Assembly (NCBI GenBank): GCA_964549505.1
Contig: CAZJVD010000001.1
Span: 420,241-484,240, forward strand
Reading direction: 5' to 3'
Length of the DNA: 64,000 nt
DNA from: an uncultured Oligoflexia bacterium
Lineage (GTDB): Bacteria > Bdellovibrionota > UBA1018 > CAZJVD01
A model generated the notes under the pieces. It saw only the letters and a list, made by a program, of their open reading frames with translations, was not told the DNA's origin and did not search any database. The position numbers were made by a program, and so were the translations under genes. How positions within the stretch are numbered: the stretch's first letter is position 1; every line of letters starts with the position of its first letter. Below, piece by piece: positions 10,901 through 20,600 of the stretch.

Positions 10901-11771
10901 ACACGGTGGCCGCTGATGCGCTTCCCGGTACAGAGCTTTCGCCCAATTTTGCGCCCATCAGGAGATGGCGACCCTCAACCACGCCCGGCTGACTCGACCT
11001 CTTGCTATCAGCAATCTGCTTTAAGATCGACCGAGCATTCAAAAGCATAGCGGTCAAATCGAGTGATGGAAGAGTCGGCGTGCGTAGTCTTGCGTCGACA
11101 TGCGCCTGAGAGTCCGTTTCAGGTAGCCATCGTGCGCTCGAAATATCTGTCTTGAGCCAGCCCGGAGAATCAATGACAGCAAGGTCTTCGGCGCTGAGGC
11201 GAGCATCCGGTTCGATTTTGGAGTCTCGTATCGTCGAGACACGCTCACGCATCTTAAGAAGGGCCGCTGTTTCAACCGTGTAATTGCCGGACGCATCTTG
11301 GAAGGCGTCGAGAGTCTTAACCGCTCTCGGCGTTATCATTTTGATGAGCCAAATTTTACGAAGTCCGCGTTTTACTTTTCCGACGGCCGTTGACTCGTCT
11401 CGTGCCTTTAGCGCGCGACGCACGAGTTCCAGGTCAATGAGAGCCTGAATCATGTGACGACGTTCGACACGCCCCTTTCGACCGAGTTGACCGTCGCGAG
11501 CGGCGAGCCTCATGGCGTTGACATAAACGATACGTGCATCCGTTCCGAGGAACTGTTCGAGTTCTGTAACGAAAGCGATGGCGTCGTCCGCTGCCGCAAC
11601 ACACTTGTTTTTGGAGACAGGTTGAAGTTCGAGATCAGCGTGTGCGCGCGGTCCGAAACACGCCACAAACAACCCGATCACCAGAGCTGTCATTAAACCG
11701 CGGTAGAAACCACGGGGGTTCTGGACTCTAAAGCCAAGTCGGTTCATCACAGTCATCATTGCAGCAGCCAT
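7932..11771 (-). CDS. ClpB/Hsp100-like AAA+ protein with an N-terminal signal peptide, degenerate NBD1 and intact NBD2
   Basis: Two Clp-N-like repeats (VERRHMIQAL, VEGRHLLMG); NBD1 GPRGSGRNT/LVIREF; M-domain coiled coil; NBD2 FLGNSGLGKT, IILYDE, YTTN, LNR, EGARN. Likely start ATG 11771 (TAATG overlap with the upstream stop); signal ..LVIGLFVACFGPRAHA|D. Confidence 0.9.
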   Translation of the reverse strand: MAAAMMTVMNRLGFRVQNPRGFYRGLMTALVIGLFVACFGPRAHADLELQPVSKNKCVAAADDAIAFVTELEQFLGTDARIVYVNAMRLAARDGQLGRKGRVERRHMIQALIDLELVRRALKARDESTAVGKVKRGLRKIWLIKMITPRAVKTLDAFQDASGNYTVETAALLKMRERVSTIRDSKIEPDARLSAEDLAVIDSPGWLKTDISSARWLPETDSQAHVDARLRTPTLPSLDLTAMLLNARSILKQIADSKRSSQPGVVEGRHLLMGAKLGESSVPGSASAATVFETNGLSVSQIKNRIVELDDVPIVGATSKPGESGRTAQGKTDGTATSRAGTETKSGDSVNEKFSPGEALTKFTRRITTAMSDGIGRKAEMDRIRTALASSEMNNVAIVGPRGSGRNTLARMLAKDPSLEVIELDVELLAGGAGIVGQIEKRVKSLEEDLKAAAEEAAKQDKKLVLVIREFESLQGKGASSNNPSDLIQLMEGIFKSKDLRIVATITIENYNKVTAKSDFLRDKVAPIYLGWTTEAETKQILEFHMGRLSAHYNDRISFGNDAESVQKVVDAAYNLGSKYLGGAFPNAAIELLDYAIALKLYENSTPLRKLEEVRSHLADARTAVASIKQSTDRDVGPRSRILFESLTELQATVERLKREEEALVAELDAQSDTVALRRTLLALETEYVAAAKNPLIHRPLEKIHEQIVRVQETITAVEKAEAGGNKVARPSAEIGVPDLIKAIALRKNIPIERISADDDGRLENLEKAISEVVFGQPEVVKAVAREIMTAYHSVHSAGRDAGTKGLRVSFVFLGNSGLGKTYLAEKINEILYGNPENLLALQASQFPTTFSLAGNPAQHEGGKLTDHVNRYPFAIILYDEVMPDRYNGGPPEAMELFKRMGNENVIEDGAGRKINISNVMVIYTTNQAQQVKYQPEVYFDKFKETLLTSELDFARVLSGIRAKPGAGPWAREFEERARRIGRDISDRLSGQSERGRTYANPSPAEREYLLKTFREGITQGLFTFSAAQVKLLEMLELERTIFLNANLNRTGPDRILAFKDLDVDAFRKIIGQRLKSTHNLVKALGIEIEMPDGTINNLARRMSAEGEGARNAAHIIRAELNNQISDLFARGVIRKGDKIVVVATDEGQLLITTHEGAGAARAKVQEAADAWSKKVTENAAKHLKDHLDTEYSFELLFGQDAIREITAQSQRHPGQLNRFFEELDVWVRDRIEDMASTKGNEAFEGSESFTIDFFHGSFKILRVGDTNATTNQRDFWFNW

Positions 11772-13681
11772 TATCGGGGCCTCCGGGCAAACTGAACACC
11801 CTCGAGGACAGCGAGGGAGCAAGAGTCATCGTAAAAAAAGGTTCGAACAAAAAAGTAATCGTAGGCGTCGGTTGGGTCCGGTGTGCCGGACGCGATCGCA
11901 TCGAGGGCGCGCACGCGCTTTTCCACGGAGCCTGTGAGCTTGATCACTTGAAAGCCTTCTTTTTCAGCGATCGGAGTCACTCGATCCACGGTGTTGGGAT
12001 CAAAGCTTGTAAACCCATCGAGGCCTGGTTCGCCCTTCTGACATTCGGCCGCATCGATGTTTCCCACGAGATTGAGCATGCCTGCGAGGTGGGGCACAAG
12101 ATCTGGACGATCGACGGGGGTGACACTCAGAACCGTGCGGACAGAGTCCGGCGTCAGGCGAGAGCTGCTTTCAGAAGATGTCGAGAGAGTTTCGTCTTCT
12201 TGTCGACCGACGACGCGGTGGCGGAGTTCGCAACGTCGTACATCGACCGTTTGAAACGGGCTTTCATAGGAGAGCGAGGCGATTTCACAAGTGACGGTAT
12301 AGGGTTTTGGAGAGGCCAGCGCTTCGTGCGGAGTCGTCTTTGTGTCGATAGCAAGCGGTGCAAAACTGACGACGAGCACGTCGGTCGTATCGCCCCAGCC
12401 CCATAGTCCGCGCTCTGTTTTTTTCGAAACATTCATATTCGTGGGTGCGAAACCAAGAAGGTCTAAGAGAGCTCGCAGACGTAGGTCGTCGGAGATCGTT
12501 CCAGCACTCGCAGTGCCTGTGGGTTTCCGGATGGGCGGTTTGTTCAAGACCTTGGCCCACTCGTTCAGAAAGAGGTTTCGTCGAGCGTCGTCAGCGCCGA
12601 CGGAAAAAAATCCAAAATCGATAGGGTCTTGCTGGCAATCCGCTCGTTTATACACGCGCGCGACCAGATGGACATGATCTTGTCCCTCGTTCGGCAGGGA
12701 TCCGAACGCTTCTTGCGCCGCAGGCCCGAGTACGGCCATCTCATACGAGTATCGCTTCAGGGCGTAGCGCGCAGACGACTCTGGTTTAAATGTCCCGGCC
12801 ACGCGATGGAGCGCAAGGGGGTGTGAAGGGTCGATCGGCATGCATGTGAAATGTGTGCGGGGATCTTGAAGCGGATTGTAGAGCGTCGATGCCAGCGCTG
12901 TTTCAAAAAACAGAAATCCCTGAAAACGATCAGGTGGAAGTTTTAGCGCTTCAAAACGTTTGGCCAGTGTTTCAAAGTCACCCAGTCGCGCGACCGTTTC
13001 TTCTGCGAGTATGGTTTCGAGGCGCTCGGCTTGCTTTTTCCGAGCCGCTTCGGCGACCGCTTGCTGAGCGAGAAGGGTTTCTCGGATCGAAATCTCTTTA
13101 GCGTGTTCCTCGAGTGTCCCAAACAAGATCGGAAACGTTTTCCAAATTTGGTTTTCTGGTTTGTCGAGCGTCGTGCATGTTTTGATTGAGACGGTTAGTT
13201 CTCCGGTTGCGGGTTCAAGCGGGACTTCTTCGGGGTCGGTTGGGGGTGGCGGCGCCGGAATCGTCGTTACGGAGACCGCGCATTCGAAACTGCTGATGCG
13301 AGCGCCGTTCAGACCGATGTCCACGAAACGGGTCGTGGCAGTCGCTTTCTTCGGGTCGCTTGCGTTGACTGAAAGCTTGACCTTGAGGTCGACCGGCGAA
13401 AATCCTTGTTCTTTGATGGCCGTAGTAATGAGGGGAGTGACGGACGCCTCGTCAATAATTGCGGGCGGGGGTGAGGGCGTGGGCGAAGGCGCGGGCGCAG
13501 GGAAAACTTCTTGTGGGGCTGGCGGCGTCGCTATCGGCGGTTCCTGACTGCTTACGGCGCCATGCGCTAATGACGCATTAGACCATGGCCCAGGTAATCC
13601 CCAGCCAAGGCTGCAGAAAAGAGCTGCTGCTAATGAAAATAAACGAGTCATTACAATCACTTCGACAACCACTTCGACCAT
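11771..13681 (-). CDS. Exported Pro-rich, Cys-paired hypothetical protein (636 aa; ATG 13651 alternative) translationally coupled to the Clp-like gene
   Basis: Signal peptide MTRLFSLAAALFCSLGWG..; Pro-rich linkers; apparent internal A-B-A'-B' duplication. Confidence 0.85.
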   Translation of the reverse strand: MVEVVVEVIVMTRLFSLAAALFCSLGWGLPGPWSNASLAHGAVSSQEPPIATPPAPQEVFPAPAPSPTPSPPPAIIDEASVTPLITTAIKEQGFSPVDLKVKLSVNASDPKKATATTRFVDIGLNGARISSFECAVSVTTIPAPPPPTDPEEVPLEPATGELTVSIKTCTTLDKPENQIWKTFPILFGTLEEHAKEISIRETLLAQQAVAEAARKKQAERLETILAEETVARLGDFETLAKRFEALKLPPDRFQGFLFFETALASTLYNPLQDPRTHFTCMPIDPSHPLALHRVAGTFKPESSARYALKRYSYEMAVLGPAAQEAFGSLPNEGQDHVHLVARVYKRADCQQDPIDFGFFSVGADDARRNLFLNEWAKVLNKPPIRKPTGTASAGTISDDLRLRALLDLLGFAPTNMNVSKKTERGLWGWGDTTDVLVVSFAPLAIDTKTTPHEALASPKPYTVTCEIASLSYESPFQTVDVRRCELRHRVVGRQEDETLSTSSESSSRLTPDSVRTVLSVTPVDRPDLVPHLAGMLNLVGNIDAAECQKGEPGLDGFTSFDPNTVDRVTPIAEKEGFQVIKLTGSVEKRVRALDAIASGTPDPTDAYDYFFVRTFFYDDSCSLAVLEGVQFARRPR

Positions 13682-13806
13682 TACTTCTTAGGGCCAGTAA
13701 TCCCGGCCTGTATATATCACCGACGCACCACAACAGAGAAGCTTGGAGTTTTTAACAAACCCGAGTCATTTTGTAAAGTATAATGATGGTTCACTAATGT
13801 TAACAA

Positions 13807-16302
13807 TTACAGGACGTCCACGAGGAGGGCTTGCTGCTGCTCGGGCCAAAACGCCACAGGGACCTCGTGTTGGATATCGTAGGTGCTGAGAAGCGACTGA
13901 AGCTTCTTGGTCATGTCGGTAGCTTTGGTGGCGATCTCGCTTGGAGCACGCCCGCGGGCAAAGACAAACTCGCGCGATAAAATTCGAAACGACATGGCCA
14001 CTGAAAATAAGACGTCAGACGCTTTAGCGCCCGCGCGATCCGGATCGGGTTGTTCTAGGCCCACGAGATCGCGGGTGCCTCGATACATTTCGTAGAAAAA
14101 ATCACCGACGCCATCGACCGTTCGTTCGATCGGACGGCAGAGCTGCTGCGCGTAGCGTTCTTCGATCGTCCGCTTACGATGCTCAAAGAGCGCGGCAACA
14201 GTTTCCGGAAAAGCGGTGCCAGACGTGAGATCGGAAGCCCGAGCGGCGACGTCCACATCCTCAAGGATTTTCTTAGCGACGGTTCTTTGAGAAAGAGGCC
14301 AGAGCCCAACCTGCTCATGGAAGAGCGCCGGTGTGAGTTCTAATACCGAGTCAGCGTTCGCTCGGGCCTGCATCGCAGCCAAAAGATTTTCATATGCAAA
14401 GTAAAGGCGCGCGTCTTGGCCCGTCTGATCCGCCGCGAGCTCGTGGATTTTCTGGCGATTCTGAGCGATCAGCTGCTTGACCTTGTTTTCAAAGCGCACG
14501 TCCTTTGCAACCACGCTCAATCCGCGGCGAAGGTTTTCTTCTTCGAACTGATCTTCGAGTGTGTACCGAGCGCCTTCGAACTCAGAGCGAAGCCTGCTGT
14601 ACTCTTCGTGACTGATGCGCTCGGGACGATCCGACGAGCCCGTTCCCTCGAGGACCTCAGGTCCCCAAAAGTTTCCGGTCCGCACCGAGCGGTAGTAAGC
14701 CGCGCGGACGCCTTGGACTTGGTTCCTGTAGCGATCGTCATGCGGAACCTCCATGAAGAACTTGAGTGGCATCTCGGCCGTAGCGTCCGGTCGCGCAGTG
14801 AAAAACCCGTATGGAATCTCTTCCTGACTGAGAAGAGCGTAGTTGTTCGGGGCCGCGAGTAGTCGCTGCATATCGTTCCAGCTTGGAAACGAACTCATCG
14901 CAAAGCGAGATTCTCGATTAAGATAAGGAGCCGCAATCAACTGATAGGTCGTTACCGTCGCGACGTCTTGCTCGCGCGTCTCTTGGTCGAGCGCAACAAA
15001 AAGATCGCGATAGGAGCGACTGTAGCTGGGTGACGAGCGCACCGTCTCCCACGTGAGGGCCGCCATCGCGTCGTGCAGCTCTCCAGAGAGAGCGAGGAGT
15101 TCAAAGTGAGAGTCCTTATGTTTCAAGATATAAACATTGCGAGCTGCTTCGAGCATCGTGTCGGACAGGTCGTAGTGGTCGAGCGTGATGTCGGAGACAG
15201 AAAGCGCGCGCAACTTCTGGTGAGCGTCGCATAGGCGATCGACCTCCGTGCCGATCTGTTCGATTTCCAGTTCATGCCTGAAGGAATACTCGACAAAATT
15301 TAAAATGAGCGTAATCACGACCGTGACGATCGCAACAGGTCCGACTTTCAAAGCAAGACCCGCCGTTGTGTTCAGGGTTTCGGCAAAACGAGCAACTCGC
15401 ACAATGCGTTCGAGACTCGCAATGGCTAAAGAGGTACCCGGCAGAACCGCCGAAAGCGTGAGAGACTGTACCTGTTCTTCGGCCAGTTCTCTCAAGGCGA
15501 CGAGTTCTTGCTGTTCGGGAGACAGCTCGACGCGTGACGTGTCCCGAACACCGCCAAATCCGAAAACAAGAGCAGGCGGCGGTATCACACCGGCTGAGAC
15601 GTAGTCTTCTCGATCGATGTCGCTCATGACTGCTGGTATCGCCGCGCCCCCAGTTGCCACGCTACGAAAGACCGCCGCTGTTCCCAAAATCCGTGCCGCA
15701 TAATCCAGTTGGGTCACAGCTGGGAGGAGCTTGATAAACTTTCCATATGCGAGCCAGTACATGAGGCTTGCGACGCCAGCAGCAGGAACCGAATACTTGA
15801 GATTCGACTGAAACTTCCGACTCTGAATCTTGATTCGCAGTGCCCGAACCAGGTTTCGATCTTCCCAAGAAGCCTGTAGGTTTCGTGCGAGCTCGATCGT
15901 CGCCAACGGCTGACGGGTCTTGTACTGAGCGGCATACGCCAAGAGATGTTCGTAACTCGAACCATCCACACCGTCGAAAACGAGCTCAGCGAACTCCGCA
16001 CGACAGTTCAAGGTACGCAGCCCCATCTCCGATGCGGACGAACGATGGGCGTGTGATGAAAAGTAGAGATCTACGAAACGTCGTCCGAGCGCCAAAGGGT
16101 CACTGTAGTTGGCTCGTTCCTCCGGGTCGAGGCAGGTGGCGCGGTCGCGGAGATCCGACCAGGAGTTGACTTGCGGGGCGTTCGCTTGCTCGTTTTCGAC
16201 GAAGCCAGCTGCGGCAAGCGGTGCATAGGCACGAGCACTTGTAGGTGCGGCCGTCTGAAAAAGGAGTGCGACGCTGAGGAAGGAGGCTAAGAACGATTTC
16301 AT
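13807..16302 (-). CDS. Exported helical protein (831 aa) with internal hydrophobic segments
   Basis: Signal MKSFLASFLSVALLFQTAAPTSARA|; hydrophobic PAAGVASLMYWLAY and VGPVAIVTVVITLILNFV; ATGA overlap with the upstream gene. Confidence 0.9.
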   Translation of the reverse strand: MKSFLASFLSVALLFQTAAPTSARAYAPLAAAGFVENEQANAPQVNSWSDLRDRATCLDPEERANYSDPLALGRRFVDLYFSSHAHRSSASEMGLRTLNCRAEFAELVFDGVDGSSYEHLLAYAAQYKTRQPLATIELARNLQASWEDRNLVRALRIKIQSRKFQSNLKYSVPAAGVASLMYWLAYGKFIKLLPAVTQLDYAARILGTAAVFRSVATGGAAIPAVMSDIDREDYVSAGVIPPPALVFGFGGVRDTSRVELSPEQQELVALRELAEEQVQSLTLSAVLPGTSLAIASLERIVRVARFAETLNTTAGLALKVGPVAIVTVVITLILNFVEYSFRHELEIEQIGTEVDRLCDAHQKLRALSVSDITLDHYDLSDTMLEAARNVYILKHKDSHFELLALSGELHDAMAALTWETVRSSPSYSRSYRDLFVALDQETREQDVATVTTYQLIAAPYLNRESRFAMSSFPSWNDMQRLLAAPNNYALLSQEEIPYGFFTARPDATAEMPLKFFMEVPHDDRYRNQVQGVRAAYYRSVRTGNFWGPEVLEGTGSSDRPERISHEEYSRLRSEFEGARYTLEDQFEEENLRRGLSVVAKDVRFENKVKQLIAQNRQKIHELAADQTGQDARLYFAYENLLAAMQARANADSVLELTPALFHEQVGLWPLSQRTVAKKILEDVDVAARASDLTSGTAFPETVAALFEHRKRTIEERYAQQLCRPIERTVDGVGDFFYEMYRGTRDLVGLEQPDPDRAGAKASDVLFSVAMSFRILSREFVFARGRAPSEIATKATDMTKKLQSLLSTYDIQHEVPVAFWPEQQQALLVDVL

Positions 16303-17651
16303 TTTTCGCCCTCCGTTTTCAATCCCGCCAAATGCAGACGAGCTTCGTGAAGTGATTCGTTAACGAGGTTGTTACCGATGATGGCGTCCATTTCAGGCAT
16401 CTTGAATTCGGCGCGTTCGGACTCAGCCCAGAGCATCTCATTGTCTTCGAGTTTGAATTTCTGCTCGTCTTTGTAGAGCGGGTTGTCCATGCCTTCTTTC
16501 CAGAACGAGTCGCATTCGAGCAACACATCAGACTGCGTTTGAAGAATGTCGATTCGCCGGGCAATCAGTGCTTTCTGATCGTCGGACGGCTTTTCGATCG
16601 ACTGTACTTCGTTCAGCACTTCGCGTGCATCCCACATCAAAAGCTGAAGTGCCAGCGCTTCGTAGTTGCGAAAAACTTCGTCGGGAGAGTCTTTTTCGTC
16701 TTGGCGGACCCAGAGATGAAAAGCTGTGTAACCGAGGGCCCCCGCCGTGCCAGCGATGAGAACGCGCGAAGGATCGCCACCGATCAGGCGGCTGAAGTCC
16801 GCGGCGCTCCGGGTTTGAATAAAGCGCAACCCCAACACGCGTCCGGCACGCGCGCGTGCAGCGAGCGAACCGACAAACTTTTTTGTTCCGACCGTAACCG
16901 TGTCGATCGGATGCAGGATCGCTTTTCCTGTGTTAACGGCCGTGTTTTCGATGCTGGATAACTTCGCAAGTCCTGCGGCCTTTGCATCTCGCGCGGCTTC
17001 GCGTGTGACCTGTTTGACGGCAGCAACCACTCCCTGGCGATCCACAGCAAGGTTGGCGGCGCGAACACGTTCTAAGACCTTGGGGACAGCATTACGAAGC
17101 ATCTTAAAGCCATTCCAACCAACCATCCTAGCGCCATTATAAGCAACCGTCGCCCACACAAGCGCGATCCATGCCCCACCGAAGCCGTGGATGGCGGAAC
17201 GTTCCCAGTAGTCCTGCGAACGTTCGTCGCGTTCTTCTTGGGTGTGTTTTGAGAGGGCCTTACGAAGGTCAGTGATGAGAGGCCGCTGTGAGGGATTCGC
17301 GACAAACATCGTCCCAAGCGTGCGCAGAACGGTGTTATGCACGTCGGGCCCCTGACTTATTAGGTCGCTCACGATGTTGTTGCCCATCTGTTCGCTAGCG
17401 TCTTGGGTGAGCGTGAGCTTCGGCGCACCGTCGAGCGTTTGAGGAATACCCAAGAGATCGAGCGTAAGAATGTCCTGTTCGTCGGAGAGCTCAAGACCGC
17501 CCGTCTGTGCTGTTTCCATGTAGGTCATGAGAGATTCCGACCAATCTTGCAGCGAGAACGGCGACTCATCTTCGTCGGCACGCGCCGGCACACTCACGGC
17601 CTGAGTGAACAGGCTGACCAGAAGCATCGGGACAATCATCGGGAGATTCAT
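16299..17651 (-). CDS. Exported helical protein (450 aa) with two hydrophobic segments; paralog of 259..2283
   Basis: Signal ..AVSVPARA|D; GFGGAWIALVWATVAY and VLIAGTAGALGYTAF; ATGA overlaps at both ends. Confidence 0.88.
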   Translation of the reverse strand: MNLPMIVPMLLVSLFTQAVSVPARADEDESPFSLQDWSESLMTYMETAQTGGLELSDEQDILTLDLLGIPQTLDGAPKLTLTQDASEQMGNNIVSDLISQGPDVHNTVLRTLGTMFVANPSQRPLITDLRKALSKHTQEERDERSQDYWERSAIHGFGGAWIALVWATVAYNGARMVGWNGFKMLRNAVPKVLERVRAANLAVDRQGVVAAVKQVTREAARDAKAAGLAKLSSIENTAVNTGKAILHPIDTVTVGTKKFVGSLAARARAGRVLGLRFIQTRSAADFSRLIGGDPSRVLIAGTAGALGYTAFHLWVRQDEKDSPDEVFRNYEALALQLLMWDAREVLNEVQSIEKPSDDQKALIARRIDILQTQSDVLLECDSFWKEGMDNPLYKDEQKFKLEDNEMLWAESERAEFKMPEMDAIIGNNLVNESLHEARLHLAGLKTEGEK

Positions 17652-20600
17652 CGGGCCTCCCCTGTCGCCCCAGCGTCTTTTACGACGAGATCGGCCAGTC
17701 GCGAGTAGTGGCGGCTTTCGTTGAGCAAGAGCAGAATACTTTCTACTTTTGGGCTCGCTTCGGGCACGGCACGATCGCGGAACCAGAAACCATCCGCGTT
17801 CTTCTTGAGTGCTCCCGTGGCCAGATCGTATCGCGCGACGGTTTCAAAACGTTCACGATCGGACTTGAGCAGACGCGCTTGCCGTTTGGCCAGGGGCTCG
17901 AGGAGTGCCCGCTTTTGTGCCGCAGTCACTGTTTCATCGAGTGCTACCTGTAGGATGTTTAAAAGGCCGGAAGTCGCTGTGATGCCGCGTTCATCGTCTG
18001 GTTTGAGCGATAGATCTTTCTTCAGTTTTGCGAGCGTATCGGTTCGTGAAAGCGGATCAATCGAAAGTGCAACGACCTGTCGAGCAGCGCGGCCCTCGGA
18101 TTCTTGAAGCGCGATGTATTCGACCTCGAGTTGCGGGTACTCGCTTCGTAACTTCTGAATGCGGTCCTGAACCTCCGATGCTGTAGCCGCCGACCATGGC
18201 AACACATAGACGCGACGTCCGGACAATGTCGTACCCCAAAGCTCAGGGTCGCCTTCCGTGTTGATACCCGCAAGGATGTCGCGGATCTCTTGCGGCAGAT
18301 GTTCTCCGAAGCGTCCGAGATAAAGTTCCTGGAGATAGGGACGACCGCTCGTAATCGCACGCATATGCGCGAAAGTTCCATTGATCCGAACGACAGCCAG
18401 CTCAATCTGGCGTCGTTCACTGTCGGTGAGCGCGCGACTTCCCATCAGCTTTCGCAACCGAGCGAGATGTTCTGCCAGTATGTCGGGCGTGAGTCCTTCG
18501 GGCTTGAGCCCGAGTGTTCTCAAGTCATACTTGTGAAGATGAACGAGGGTGTCCCAGCTTTTTTCCACGCTACGTAGCAACGACTGCAGTTCGTCGCGTG
18601 CGGATTCGACCTCTTGAGCGTCACGTTCGCGTCCCGCTCGACGGTGTTCGGCTGCGACCGCGTCGGCTTGTTTGCCGATCGCATCGCGATTCCACTGAAA
18701 ATCACTTTTCCAGCCCAGCTTTCCGAAAAGTTCGGCCGATCGCTGTTCGATACCGCGTGCGCCCAGCACCCATTCACCTGGAGTAAACCAGGTCCGCGGG
18801 TTCATCAGACTACGAGCATTAAACTTAAACGCGTAGATCTTTGGCTTCGAAAAGCGGCTCTTCGCAAATATTCCGTACGCCTTGAACGCGCCAACGATGA
18901 GCATGTTGGAGAGAACAGCCGCTTCTTCTTCTTGAAACTGTTGGTGACTGCGTTCGAGATCCTCGCCCAAAATAACATGCTCTCCGCCCGGGCTTGCGGC
19001 GTAGTCGTCGAGGGCGCCAAAGAGTCGCGCGCGCCCGCTCTTTCCGAAGATCCACCATGTCGATAGATCCCAAGGCGAGAAGTAGTAGTTGACGGGTTTC
19101 GCGATCACGTCTTTCATCACGATCAGGTGCATGCTTGTGTGAAACCAACCAAAAGCCATGAGAGGAGCTGCGATCCCTTGAGCGGTTTTCAGAAACGGTG
19201 GGATATCTCCTAGGACCGGAACACCCTTCGTGAAGCGACTGAACACACCCGTGCCCAGCGTAAAGCAAGAGGCAGCAACAACATAGTTGCCGTCGACCAG
19301 ACTGATTATCGCGATCAGCCCCGGAGAAAACGAAGCGTAGTTCCCGATGTTAAAGAGCATATGAACCGCGTCGTCGAGAGCCAGCTCGTGCCGGGCGGGA
19401 TACAGGATTTCTCGAAGCGCTTTTTGGTGTTCGTCCGTTAGGCTTGGAAAGCGCGCCATGAGGTCCGACAGGAGCGACGAATCGATCCATGCGCGGAGGT
19501 CCTCGACGGAGTTGGCTCCGCCGATCGTTTTTAAGTTGTCTAAAATTCGCTCCTCGCTTCGCTCCAACGCCTCGTCGAGTAAGCGCGCGAACGTCGCATG
19601 ATCAGGGTTCTTGGCTGCGAGCTCGTCGGCAAGATTAGAGTCCCAGTCGCGCTGATCCAGCCACGTCCATTTCGACAGCCAATTGTAGAGGCCTCGTACG
19701 GGTTTAATATGCGAAACAAACCGATCAAACGCGCTGAGGTCTCCGCCGAAGCGTGACGAGAGGATCGGGATCTTGTCGATCTCGATCTCTTTACGAGCCT
19801 GAAGATAGAGTTTTACGAGTTGAGGTTCCTTGACGAGATCGGTGTACGCCGGTGGACAGTCGTCCCGTCGCGTGAAACCGAAGTAATCTCCGATCCAGGC
19901 GAGATGCTCGAGCATGTCGAACATATCTTGCGCGGTCTTGGCGTCGATACGATCCATCAGTTTGTTTTTTCCGCCCGTACGTGACGGCGGGGGATTTTCC
20001 TTGGCGCGGGCTCGATCCGAGCGAACATTCGCGCTCAGCCGATCGACGAGAAGCTTGAGCGGAAGCCCCTCGTCGGTCAGCTGGAGCGCTGTGTGTATCC
20101 AACTCCGGTACCACCCGCGGGCGGTAGCGTAGTCTTCTGCAGAAACCAACATTTGAAGGTATTTGAGTGTCGGCGTCGAAAAGCCGAGATACGGGTGTTT
20201 AAAGTTCTTGTCGTTCTGGTGCTCGAGCATCCAGCGTGACGTAGCAAGATGCAGAGCCGGAATACTCACTTCTTCGGGTGGATTTCGAACGGTTTCAACG
20301 ATCGCGGCGACTTCCGCTTCCCATTTCAAGCGCGAGATCTGGTTGGCGGCGTACTGGCCCGACGGTTCGGCAGTCGCAGCGTCGATCCAAGCTTTTGTCA
20401 TGCTCGCGATGAGAGCGGCTCCGTTTTTAGTATCCCGTTGGATCGTGATGAGAGCCTTTTCGACATACGCACGCAGGCGTCGATGTGCGCCGTCGATGAT
20501 CTCGCGAGACCGCTTCGCTTCGGCACTCTCTTCGGGAGTGTTGTCGAGCCCAAACAGACCTGAAACGTCCATCACACCCGTGAACATGGCCTCGGTTTCC

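Noticed and set aside
7932-11822. Clp-like gene as T6SS ClpV or eCIS ATPase
   Set aside because: No sheath, Hcp, VgrG or baseplate genes recognised; it has a ClpB-type M-domain and a signal peptide.
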